From: Candidatus Magasanikiibacteriota bacterium
GTDB taxonomy: Bacteria > Patescibacteriota > Patescibacteriia > Magasanikbacterales > UBA922
Length of the DNA: 58,611 bases
Direction: 5' to 3'
Assembly (NCBI GenBank): GCA_043809645.1
Contig: JBDROX010000028.1
Span: 1-58,611 of the forward strand
In this document: piece after piece, positions 45,109 to 52,622 of the stretch
Layout of the letters: every line of letters begins with the position of its first letter
Position numbering within the stretch: position 1 is the first letter of the stretch
Translations under genes and position numbers: made by a program
The notes under the pieces: model-generated
What the model was told of the DNA's origin: nothing
What the model saw: only the letters and a program-made list of their open reading frames with translations
The model's database searches: none

Positions 45109-46095
45109 ATGAAGATTCAATTGCCGCATACGCGCAAAGATATTATCTGCCTAGAAAACTTACTTAGCGCCTGGCAGGAATTTATTATTGGAAAAAGAAA
45201 AAAGCGTGATGTGCAAGAATTTAGTTTCAACCTTATGGATAACATTGTATCACTTCATGAGGATCTAAAAAATAATACATACAGACATGGTGTCTATCAT
45301 AGTTTTTTCATCAATGATCCTAAGAGACGTCATATTCACAAAGCGCGTGTCCGCGACAGGCTTCTTCATCATGCAATTCATAGACTACTCTATCCATTCT
45401 TCGACAAAACATTTATTTCAGACTCATACTCTTGCAGAAAAAATAAAGGAACACATAAGGCTATGAATCGTTTCAGATCACTTACGTACAAAGCTAGTCA
45501 AAATCACACACGGACGTGCTGGGTGCTAAAATGTGACATTAAGAAATTTTTTGCCAGTGTTGATCAGAGTATTCTCCTTGCTATTTTAAAAAACTATATT
45601 CCTGACAAAAACATTATTTCACTTCTACAAGATATTATTACAAGTTTCAGTACTCAAGACAAACCAAACTCGGGCCTTCCTCTCGGTAATCTTACTTCAC
45701 AGCTTTTCGTCAATATGTACATGAATGAGTTTGATCAATTTATCAAACACAAATTAAAAATAAAACATTACATCAGATATGCAGATGATTTTGTTATTTT
45801 GTCAAACAGCAAGCAGTATCTTGAACATCTCATTCCACAAATTATCGACACACTCATGAAAAAACTCAAACTTACTCTTCATCCAAATAAACTATTCTTC
45901 AAAACAATTTCATTCGGAGTAGATTTTCTTGGGTGGATACAGTTTGTAGATCATAGAGTACTGCGAAAGGTAACAAAGAGAAGAATGTTTGCGAACCTTA
46001 AAAAGGACATCAGAAAAGAGGTCTTGCAATCGTATCGTGGTCTATTGGGGCATGGGAATGGATATAAACTTGAGAAGATAATTCTTGATTTGTGA
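45109..46095 (+). CDS. Diversity-generating retroelement reverse transcriptase
   Basis: RHIHKARVRDRLLHHAI, SDSYSCRKNKGTHKA, WVLKCDIKKFFASVD, GLPLGNLTSQLFVNMYMNEFD, YIRYADDFVIL and GVDFLGW. The LGNLTSQ motif and the about 330-aa size are DGR-clade hallmarks. An alternative in-frame ATG lies at 45064. Confidence 0.92.
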   Translation: MKIQLPHTRKDIICLENLLSAWQEFIIGKRKKRDVQEFSFNLMDNIVSLHEDLKNNTYRHGVYHSFFINDPKRRHIHKARVRDRLLHHAIHRLLYPFFDKTFISDSYSCRKNKGTHKAMNRFRSLTYKASQNHTRTCWVLKCDIKKFFASVDQSILLAILKNYIPDKNIISLLQDIITSFSTQDKPNSGLPLGNLTSQLFVNMYMNEFDQFIKHKLKIKHYIRYADDFVILSNSKQYLEHLIPQIIDTLMKKLKLTLHPNKLFFKTISFGVDFLGWIQFVDHRVLRKVTKRRMFANLKKDIRKEVLQSYRGLLGHGNGYKLEKIILDL

Positions 46096-46117
46096 TACAT
46101 GACTCGTGTCTTGTGAT

Positions 46118-47731
46118 CTAGATTTTATCAGCATCCCCAACTTCTCCTTGATAATCTTTCAATTTTAGAAAACGCTTCTTGAAACTTCTGCCAAACTCAA
46201 TCATTTCCTGTACTTTGAAAATATAACATAATCCAGCGTAGACAATAAGCCCTGCAAGCCCACTGAGTGTCCCTTGAAGGGCAACACCCCAGAATTTTTC
46301 CATATTTACAAAGCTTGCAAGTGGTTCTTTCAGAAGCTGTACAGTCAGTGCCATGATAAGTGCTGCACCGGATATTTTTAATAGGGTATTCACAATTTTG
46401 GCCTCTCCAAGTGTCCCTAATTTACTTCTGAGGATAATCCAGAGGAGACAGAGTTGGAGAATAACACCAATAGAGAATCCAAGGGCTATTCCTGCAATAC
46501 CATATAGATCTTTGAGCTGAAGTGCAGCTATTACAGTTACGAGCATCCCAACCAGGCTTGCAAGGAATGGTGTCCAGGTGTCTTCTACGGCATAGAATCC
46601 TCTGGCAAGGAGTGGAATGAGGCACTGGGCGAAGAGTGAGAGAGAGAAGAAGGCGAGTGTATCAGCAGTCAGAATCGTTGCTTCCCAGTCGAACATGCCG
46701 GTCCCAAGGACAACACGGACTATTTGAGCTCGGAGGAGGAGGAAGAGGATCGTAAGTGGAACGATAAAGAAAAGAATTTGTCTCATGGTATGAGAGAGGT
46801 GGTCAATCATCTCATCTTGTTTTTTTTCTGCAATGAGTCCACTGAGTGTTGGGAATGCTGCCACTGCGAAGGAGATGCCGATAATGCCAATAGGGAAGTA
46901 TTGGAGATTGCTAGCAAAATTAAAAACTGCAACACTACCAACGGCAAGTGTAGAGGCAATGGCTGTTATTGCGACAAGATTGAGCTGGCTCGTAGCTAAT
47001 CCAAGAGTCCTCGGAATCATAAGTTTTCCAATTTGTCGAACATGCTTGTTCTGAAAAGCCATGAGAGGTTTATATTTAAATCCGTATTTGAAAAAAGTTG
47101 GGAGTTGGATGAGGAGATGGAGGAGTGCACCGAGGAGAACGCCATAGGCAAGTCCCTTCACATTCCAGATAGGGACGAAGAAGACTGCACCAATAATAAT
47201 GCCCAAATTGTACATGATGGGTGTCAGGGAATAGATGGCAAAGGACTTGAATGATTGGAGAACACCACTCACCACGCTACTGATTCCCAGAAGAATGGGG
47301 GAGAGAAACATAATGCGAGTGAGCATAACCGTCATCTCCATCTTCTCTCCACTGAATCCTGGAACAATGAGCTGCATGACCTGTGGCGTAAAGATGAAAA
47401 GAATTCCGCATACTATGAGGAGACCAATGCCGAGAATATTGAGAATGCTATTTGTCACTTTCCATGCTTCCTCCTTATTTTTCGCTACCACCTTCATGAA
47501 GACTGGGATGAAGCCAGCTGACAATGCTCCGACGATGAGGAGGTTGTAGACCATGTCAGGTATTCTAAATGCTGCATAGTATGCGTCGAGCACATCTCCG
47601 GCACCAAAGTAATGCGCGAAGATACGGTCTCGGACGATTCCCATCAGGCGACTCAAAAAAGATGCTGCCCCAAGGATGATGGCAGCGCCAGTAATAGATT
47701 TTGTTGTGCCGTTTAGTGCCTGTTTTATCAT
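46118..47731 (-). CDS. murJ: Lipid II flippase MurJ
   Basis: 537 aa, 14 TM segments. Has the N-terminal SRLMGIVRDRIFAHYFGAGDVLDAYYAAFRIPD signature. Confidence 0.93.
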   Translation of the reverse strand: MIKQALNGTTKSITGAAIILGAASFLSRLMGIVRDRIFAHYFGAGDVLDAYYAAFRIPDMVYNLLIVGALSAGFIPVFMKVVAKNKEEAWKVTNSILNILGIGLLIVCGILFIFTPQVMQLIVPGFSGEKMEMTVMLTRIMFLSPILLGISSVVSGVLQSFKSFAIYSLTPIMYNLGIIIGAVFFVPIWNVKGLAYGVLLGALLHLLIQLPTFFKYGFKYKPLMAFQNKHVRQIGKLMIPRTLGLATSQLNLVAITAIASTLAVGSVAVFNFASNLQYFPIGIIGISFAVAAFPTLSGLIAEKKQDEMIDHLSHTMRQILFFIVPLTILFLLLRAQIVRVVLGTGMFDWEATILTADTLAFFSLSLFAQCLIPLLARGFYAVEDTWTPFLASLVGMLVTVIAALQLKDLYGIAGIALGFSIGVILQLCLLWIILRSKLGTLGEAKIVNTLLKISGAALIMALTVQLLKEPLASFVNMEKFWGVALQGTLSGLAGLIVYAGLCYIFKVQEMIEFGRSFKKRFLKLKDYQGEVGDADKI

Positions 47732-47740
47732 CTTACAGAA

Positions 47741-47775
47741 GAAATAATGAAATAGAGAAATAAGAAATAAGGGGA
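47741..47775. repeat. Left arm of inverted repeat flanking the four-helix-bundle gene (GAAATAATGAAATA[GAGAAATA]AGAAATAAGGGGA)
   Basis: It is the reverse complement of 48139-48165, except for an 8-nt internal duplication. Confidence 0.85.
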
Positions 47776-47776
47776 T

Positions 47777-48135
47777 TTAGTCCTTACTTTTTCTTGCTAA
47801 TTGAGATTTTATAAGTTTGTTCAATCTGATCTCAATTTCCTTTGCTAGGGTTTTTAGCATAGTAAATTCTTCTTTGCTTATTTGTTTTCTTTCAAACATG
47901 AGACTATGCCAGTGTCTTGATTCCAGAAGCGAAGCTCGTGCATTGTAATAGAATTTGTTCTTAATCCTTCGGCGATATTTACCACAACTGAATCTACACT
48001 CCGAATCATCTGATCTCCAATAATTTTTTGTTCTTTCCAATTAAGTCTTGAATAAATTTCCCAAGATTTTTTCGAATATTCTCTTGAATTCTTGTATACA
48101 TCTAACTTCGGCAGTTCAATATAGCTGGAGTTCAT
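47777..48135 (-). pseudogene. Four-helix-bundle protein (23S rRNA intervening-sequence / Avd superfamily) with a 1-nt frameshift
   Basis: The N-terminal frame (from 48135) reads ...IGDQMIRSVDSVVVNIAEG. The C-terminal frame (to 47777) reads KNKFYYNARASLLESRHW...LNKLIKS. Together they give the family pattern Q..RA..SI..NIAEG...F...A.GS..E. The break is near 47955-47965. GGGGA lies 4 nt before the ATG. Confidence 0.7.
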
Positions 48136-48138
48136 AAT

Positions 48139-48165
48139 TCCCCTTATTTCTTATTTCATTATTTC
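48139..48165. repeat. Right arm of inverted repeat flanking the four-helix-bundle gene (TCCCCTTATTTCTTATTTCATTATTTC)
   Basis: Read directly. It contains the complement of the gene's SD. Confidence 0.85.
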
Positions 48166-48169
48166 TTTA

Positions 48170-49087
48170 CTATATCCATTTCCTATTCTTCATCATAGCA
48201 ATGACCAGGAGAATGAAGACCGCGAGACCAAGGAACATGACCCAAACAAGATGTGGTTTTTCCGCAAATGGGAGGCCAATATTCATACCATAAATACCAG
48301 AAAAAAGTGTAAGAGGCAAGAGGGCAACAGAAATAACGGTGAGTGCACCAATAACTTTGTTCGTTCTCTGATTGATGAGGGACTCTACTGTGACATGGAG
48401 ACCATCTACTGTGTCCTTGTATGTGTCAGAGACTGCCCAGAGTTTATTGAGGTAATCCACGACATTATCGAAGTATAGACTAAGGTCTTCGTGTATAAAC
48501 TCATTTCTAGTGTGAGAAAGATTTGCAATCAAATATCTCTGTGGGTCAATAATTCGTCTAAAGCTCAGAATATTTCTCCTGTGCACGGCGAGTTCACGAA
48601 TAATCTTCGTGTCTTGTTCTCCTGCAAATACTTCATCCTCTGCGCGTGAAATATGTTTTCCAACATTATTGAGAATTGGATGTGAATTATTAAATAATGA
48701 TTCAACGAGCCTATACAGAAGATATCCAGATGTTCCACTCATCCAATCCTTCTTTGTTTTTTTATTCTTCATACATCTGTAGAAGAAGTTCTTCATTTCT
48801 TTACTCTTCGTGTGTTGGACCGTAATGAGGTAAGTTTCACCAATAAAGATATCAACTTCGTGAGAGATGACTGTCTTCGTAGTGCTATTCCAGTGTGGAA
48901 AGTGGAGTACCAGAAACAGATACTTTTTGTATGTATCGATCTTCGGTGTCTGGCTCTCACTCTGGATATCCTCGAGGTCGAGATGATGAAAGTTATGATT
49001 TTCTTTCAGGTAGGCGAGTGACTCCTCATTGATTTGGTCGATGTTAATCCAAGAGAGACCGCCTTCCTTAATTATTTTGATAGCCAT
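48170..49087 (-). CDS. corA: Magnesium/cobalt transporter CorA
   Basis: C-terminal YGMNIG (GMN motif) between two TM helices, with a cytoplasmic N-domain. Confidence 0.92.
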   Translation of the reverse strand: MAIKIIKEGGLSWINIDQINEESLAYLKENHNFHHLDLEDIQSESQTPKIDTYKKYLFLVLHFPHWNSTTKTVISHEVDIFIGETYLITVQHTKSKEMKNFFYRCMKNKKTKKDWMSGTSGYLLYRLVESLFNNSHPILNNVGKHISRAEDEVFAGEQDTKIIRELAVHRRNILSFRRIIDPQRYLIANLSHTRNEFIHEDLSLYFDNVVDYLNKLWAVSDTYKDTVDGLHVTVESLINQRTNKVIGALTVISVALLPLTLFSGIYGMNIGLPFAEKPHLVWVMFLGLAVFILLVIAMMKNRKWI

Positions 49088-49126
49088 AGAATCTGAAATA
49101 AAAAATAGGGAAATATAAAATTTGGG

Positions 49127-49804
49127 TTACTTCTTTGTCGGGATATTTATGGTGAGGACAAAGATATCTGTTCCCGGACTTTTTGGATTATCTTCGAGGA
49201 AGAATGTTCCATCAATGCTGTCTCTATGAAAAATGTATTCTTTTGACTTTGTCGAATCTTTCACCTCTCGATATGTGAAATCTTTGCTGTACAGTTCTTT
49301 TTTATAAAAATCTTCTACAAATGTTGGTTCGGCAGAAAGCTGTGACCAACGGATAGTGAGAACATCCCGAGTGTCGATCTCGATGTCTTCAACGCGCTCT
49401 AAAGCGTCTGCCCAGAAGTCACCAGTTTCTTTTATCTTTTGTTTTTCAAAATCCTTTTCTGGGAGCTCAACATTCAGGAACGAAACGATAGGGCCAAGGA
49501 GAGCCTTCGGTACATGGGTCAGAAGCTCGAGGGTCTGACCTCTTCGTTTTCCAGAAATGTAGGTAACCTGATCTATACTGTCTTCATCATATACCTCTAT
49601 AGTTGCAAAGAGACTTGGTGGGACCTGTGCGAGTTCGCGTGGTCGTGGGGTTGCAACAAACTTGAGGAGCAAAATTAGTCCTATGATAAAAAAGACCAAG
49701 CAGCCGCAGCCGGTAGAACAAGTCTGGAGAAAGCAAGATCGTTTTTTTTGTATTTCCTGGATTGGCGGCTCTTGGATTTCTATCTTGTCGAGGTTTGGTT
49801 GCAT
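49127..49804 (-). CDS. Membrane-anchored hypothetical protein
   Basis: 225 aa with a single N-terminal TM (CGCLVFFIIGLILLLKFV). Confidence 0.5.
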   Translation of the reverse strand: MQPNLDKIEIQEPPIQEIQKKRSCFLQTCSTGCGCLVFFIIGLILLLKFVATPRPRELAQVPPSLFATIEVYDEDSIDQVTYISGKRRGQTLELLTHVPKALLGPIVSFLNVELPEKDFEKQKIKETGDFWADALERVEDIEIDTRDVLTIRWSQLSAEPTFVEDFYKKELYSKDFTYREVKDSTKSKEYIFHRDSIDGTFFLEDNPKSPGTDIFVLTINIPTKK

Positions 49805-49860
49805 AGATTCTCAGGTATTGTAGCAGAATTTTCTTTAAAAATCCATATTCTCTCAATAAC

Positions 49861-50073
49861 AAAAAATCGCCCCATAGGTAGCGATTGTTTGTTCTGCTCT
49901 GAAGGCCTTTTCAAGAAAGGAAGGCAGAGTTGATAGTGTCCATGGAAACATTCTACCTCCAATGGCTCAGGTTACCCGTGCTAAGTAGTAAATATTGCTA
50001 GACAGCACGGGTGATCTGAGACAAGTCTCTTTTCACCCTAAAAGTAAGGAACGTCTGATTATTTCTAACCAGA
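49861..50073 (-). ncRNA. Candidate about 210-nt structured RNA or cis-regulatory leader (class unknown)
   Basis: On the minus strand a perfect TTGACA-17 nt-(TG)TATAGT promoter (50108-50080) is followed by several stems. These are UCUGGUUA-GAAA-UAAUCAGA and a 9+5-bp stem (50020-50004 / 49982-49966). A terminator AATCGC-10 nt-GCGATT plus T run (49886-49861) comes last. No ORF is present. Confidence 0.45.
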
Positions 50074-50079
50074 TCAAAC

Positions 50080-50108
50080 ACTATATCACAATTTTGGACT
50101 TTTGTCAA
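50080..50108 (-). promoter_or_regulatory. Consensus sigma70 promoter on the minus strand (TTGACA-17 nt-TG-n-TATAGT)
   Basis: The -35 is the reverse complement of 50103-50108 and the -10 the reverse complement of 50080-50085. Confidence 0.6.
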
Positions 50109-50122
50109 GTCTGTGGTACAAT
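50094..50122 (+). promoter_or_regulatory. Divergent, overlapping promoter for the beta-CASP gene (TTGGAC-17 nt-TACAAT)
   Basis: The -35 is at 50094-50099 and the -10 at 50117-50122. Confidence 0.5.
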
Positions 50123-50184
50123 TTCAAAAGAGTTGGTTTTAAAATTTGGCTTAATTTAGCTAAATTTCAACTTAGGAATATGCG

Positions 50185-50242
50185 GATAACGCTGATTTAC
50201 TGATTTCTTGTTTAGAAAGCCAATCTGTAAATCAGCATTATC
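50185..50242 (+). promoter_or_regulatory. 16-bp (one mismatch) hairpin in the 5' leader, ending 17 nt before the ATG
   Basis: GATAACGCTGATTTAC ... GTAAATCAGCATTATC with a 26-nt loop. No SD is visible before the ATG at 50260. Confidence 0.45.
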
Positions 50243-50259
50243 AGTAATCCGTAATCTTT

Positions 50260-51612
50260 ATGCAACTCTCTTTCTACGGTGCAGCCCATGAAGTCACAGG
50301 CTCTTGTCATCTCCTTGATACTGGAAAAAAGAAGATCCTTGTTGACTGCGGGATGTTTCAGGGCGGAAATTTTAACGAAGGAAAGAATGGTAGTGATTTT
50401 CTATTCAATCCTGCAGAAGTAGATATTCTCCTTCTTACCCATGCACATCTCGACCACACTGGTCGTGTGCCAAAGCTTATTAAGGATGGGTTCAAGGGGC
50501 GCATCATCACTACCAAGGCGACAATTGAACTGGCTCGTCTGGTCTGGGTGGATGCATACCACATCATGAAATATAATAACAAGAAGTACCAGACACCGAT
50601 CCTATTTGGTGAGGCAGATATTGCAGAAGCATTTGGTGCATGTGAGCCAGTGGACTACCATGAGCGAGTTGATCTCGGTGATGGAGAGTCTGTGGTATTC
50701 AAAGATGCCGGGCATATTTTCGGTGCGGCATTTATTGAGCTGGCTGCAGGTGGAAAAAATATTGCTTTTTCTGGTGATGTAGGAAATAAGAATGTTCCGA
50801 TCCTCCGAGAGACAGAAGAGCTCGGGGATATTGATGTGCTAATCTGCGAGTCTACATATGGTGACAGGATTCATGAGTCAGAAACAGATAGAAAGAAGAT
50901 TCTTCTCGATCTCATCAAAAAGGGTGCAGAGCGTGGTGGCACTATTATGATGCCAGCGTTCTCCCTGGAAAGAACACAGGAAATTCTCTACCATCTCCAT
51001 GATATTAGTGAGCACGATAAAGAGCTTCCAAAGATTCCAATCTATCTCGATAGTCCGATGGCGATCGACGCTATCCCAATTTACAAGAAGTATCCAGAAT
51101 ATTATGATAAGGAAGCCTGGGATGAATATTCCAAAGGAGCTGACTTTCTTGATTTTCCTGAACTGCACATAACACACACAACAGAAGAATCAAAAAAGAT
51201 AAACAATATTCGAGGGGCCAAGATGGTCATAGCTGGAGCCGGAATGATGAACGGTGGTCGTATTATTCATCATGCATTTCGTTATCTTTCTGATCCAGCA
51301 TCTACACTCATTATTGTTGGGTACCAAGCACACGGGACTCTTGGTCGCAGGCTCTATGAAGGTGCAGAGAAAGCAAACATATTTGGAGAAGAAATTCCTG
51401 TCCGATGTGAGATCAAGGCTATTGGTGCTCTTTCTGCACATGCAGATCAGACCAAGCTTGTGGAGTGGATTGGTGGTGCAGCAAAGAAACCTAAGAAGAT
51501 ATATCTCATACATGGGGAGTCACATGCGTCTGCTTCTTTGGGACACAAAGTTAAGGAAGTGATCGGCATTGAATGCTTTGTACCAGAAGAAGGGGAGACT
51601 GTTGAGATTTAA
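50260..51612 (+). CDS. Metallo-beta-lactamase / beta-CASP family RNA-metabolising nuclease
   Basis: HxHxDH (THAHLDHTG), ESTYG, and the C-terminal SAHAD and IHGE motifs of beta-CASP enzymes. It is 450 aa. Confidence 0.85.
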   Translation: MQLSFYGAAHEVTGSCHLLDTGKKKILVDCGMFQGGNFNEGKNGSDFLFNPAEVDILLLTHAHLDHTGRVPKLIKDGFKGRIITTKATIELARLVWVDAYHIMKYNNKKYQTPILFGEADIAEAFGACEPVDYHERVDLGDGESVVFKDAGHIFGAAFIELAAGGKNIAFSGDVGNKNVPILRETEELGDIDVLICESTYGDRIHESETDRKKILLDLIKKGAERGGTIMMPAFSLERTQEILYHLHDISEHDKELPKIPIYLDSPMAIDAIPIYKKYPEYYDKEAWDEYSKGADFLDFPELHITHTTEESKKINNIRGAKMVIAGAGMMNGGRIIHHAFRYLSDPASTLIIVGYQAHGTLGRRLYEGAEKANIFGEEIPVRCEIKAIGALSAHADQTKLVEWIGGAAKKPKKIYLIHGESHASASLGHKVKEVIGIECFVPEEGETVEI

Positions 51613-51622
51613 ATAACTAACA

Positions 51623-51647
51623 AAAGACCTCATTTGGGTCTTTTTTT
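51623..51647 (+). terminator. Intrinsic terminator
   Basis: AAAGACC-7 nt-GGTCTTT followed by a T run. Confidence 0.8.
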
Positions 51648-51650
51648 ATC

Positions 51651-51679
51651 TTGCATAGAAACAATTCTTGTGCTATTGT
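51651..51679 (+). promoter_or_regulatory. Promoter of the GC-rich MCD-like gene (TTGCAT-17 nt-TATTGT)
   Basis: Exact 17-nt spacing, 45 nt upstream of the ATG. Confidence 0.45.
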
Positions 51680-51692
51680 CTGGGAAATTGAT

Positions 51693-51706
51693 GGTTGATA
51701 TCAACC
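51693..51706. promoter_or_regulatory. Perfect 14-bp palindrome GGTTGATATCAACC (operator-like); a third GGTTGAT half-site overlaps the SD/ATG
   Basis: Read directly. It lies between the -10 and the SD (AAAGGGGG). Confidence 0.5.
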
Positions 51707-51723
51707 ACTGAAAGGGGGTTGAT

Positions 51724-52527
51724 ATGGCACGGGAGGAGTACTCACTTCCCCGATCTGGGGATGTGGACAAGATTTATGATATTCACAACACGCGGTGGGA
51801 GGGCGCGGAGCTTCGTCTGTCAGACAGTCAGGTTTCCCATCTTTATGATGATGGGCTCATACGGGTCATGCGCGTGAATGGTACAGTGACAGGTGTTCTG
51901 TTTATACATCGTATGTTCACTGGTGGAGCGGTCCCAGATCCGTACCAATTTCGCCTGTGGGAGCGCCTGGTACATGCAACTGCACCAGGCATTGCTCCTG
52001 ATACAATCATCATGTGGTCTATTGATGTGCCGGCTGGAAGTCCAAAGGGACTTGGAACTCGACTGATCGCAGCAGCGAAGGAAGAGTTTCGGGCGACGCC
52101 CTACCTGGCGACGTTCAGTCCAGTCAAGGGATATAAGTCATTTTGCCAAGAGATCATATCTCGCGGCGCTATTCCGAAGCGCAGGGTAGAGGAGTCTGGC
52201 ATCTACCTTTTTCTGGCTACCTCGATGAAGCGCGGGTACGAGGCCTACCTGAGATATCTCCAGGATGTTCCTGATACACACTTCATGATGCCAGAAGATT
52301 GGTATCGTGGGCGTGGTTGGGGATCGCTGTGTCCTGTGAATCGCTTCCATGCGGTTCGCAATGGTGCATCGCTTGTCGGTGTGTGGCCGGCAGGTCCTGG
52401 TGCCCGGCCATGTTCTCCATTCACGGTGATGTACTCCTACAAGGGATTCGAGACCACTGTCGCAGAGAGCTTTCGTAAGCTTCCGGATCAAGTCTTAGGA
52501 CGGAGAGCGGTTTTCAATCTCGTGTGA
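51724..52527 (+). CDS. Malonyl-CoA decarboxylase (MCD) catalytic-domain-like protein, GC-rich
   Basis: MWSIDVPAGSPKGLGTRLIAAAKEEF...ATFSPVKGYKSF aligns by eye to MCD FYSIS..GLQG.ELG..LIK.V...L......F.SLSPIPGF. CPVNRFHAVRNGASL...TVMYSY aligns to NPVA.FHL.NGA......MANYRY. The N-terminal helical domain is absent. Confidence 0.5.
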   Translation: MAREEYSLPRSGDVDKIYDIHNTRWEGAELRLSDSQVSHLYDDGLIRVMRVNGTVTGVLFIHRMFTGGAVPDPYQFRLWERLVHATAPGIAPDTIIMWSIDVPAGSPKGLGTRLIAAAKEEFRATPYLATFSPVKGYKSFCQEIISRGAIPKRRVEESGIYLFLATSMKRGYEAYLRYLQDVPDTHFMMPEDWYRGRGWGSLCPVNRFHAVRNGASLVGVWPAGPGARPCSPFTVMYSYKGFETTVAESFRKLPDQVLGRRAVFNLV

Positions 52528-52530
52528 CGA

Positions 52531-52586
52531 GATGGCTCGCGCACAACATACCAAATATCTCTGGTTGTTGCTATGCGCGAGCCATC
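52531..52586 (+). repeat. 13-bp perfect inverted repeat GATGGCTCGCGCA / TGCGCGAGCCATC with a partly self-complementary 30-nt spacer
   Basis: Read directly. It starts 4 nt after the TGA of the MCD-like gene. Confidence 0.85.
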
Positions 52587-52595
52587 AACAAAAAA

Positions 52596-52622
52596 CACCC
52601 AACTGGGTGATTTTATTTTTTT
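52596..52622 (+). terminator. Intrinsic terminator (CACCC-AACT-GGGTG followed by a T-rich run)
   Basis: Read directly. Confidence 0.7.

Larger units (their letters stand above)
43921..46095 (+). mobile_element. DGR locus (promoter, GC-rich target/template ORF, inverted avd, RT)
   Basis: Combination of the features above. Confidence 0.75.

Noticed and set aside
44089-46095. 668-aa ORF as a genuine target-RT fusion protein
   Set aside because: The middle 130 codons are antisense to a convincing Avd gene and translate to hydrophobic low-complexity nonsense. The RT has its own conserved N-terminus starting at ATG 45109. The open frame itself is kept as a separate observation.
49966-50075. TPP riboswitch on the plus strand (GGGUGAUCUGAGA ... 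ACCC ... UCUGAU...CCAGAUC)
   Set aside because: The order and pairing of elements do not match the TPP aptamer: there is no P3 stem and no CUGG...CCAG P5. Promoter and terminator evidence points to the opposite strand.
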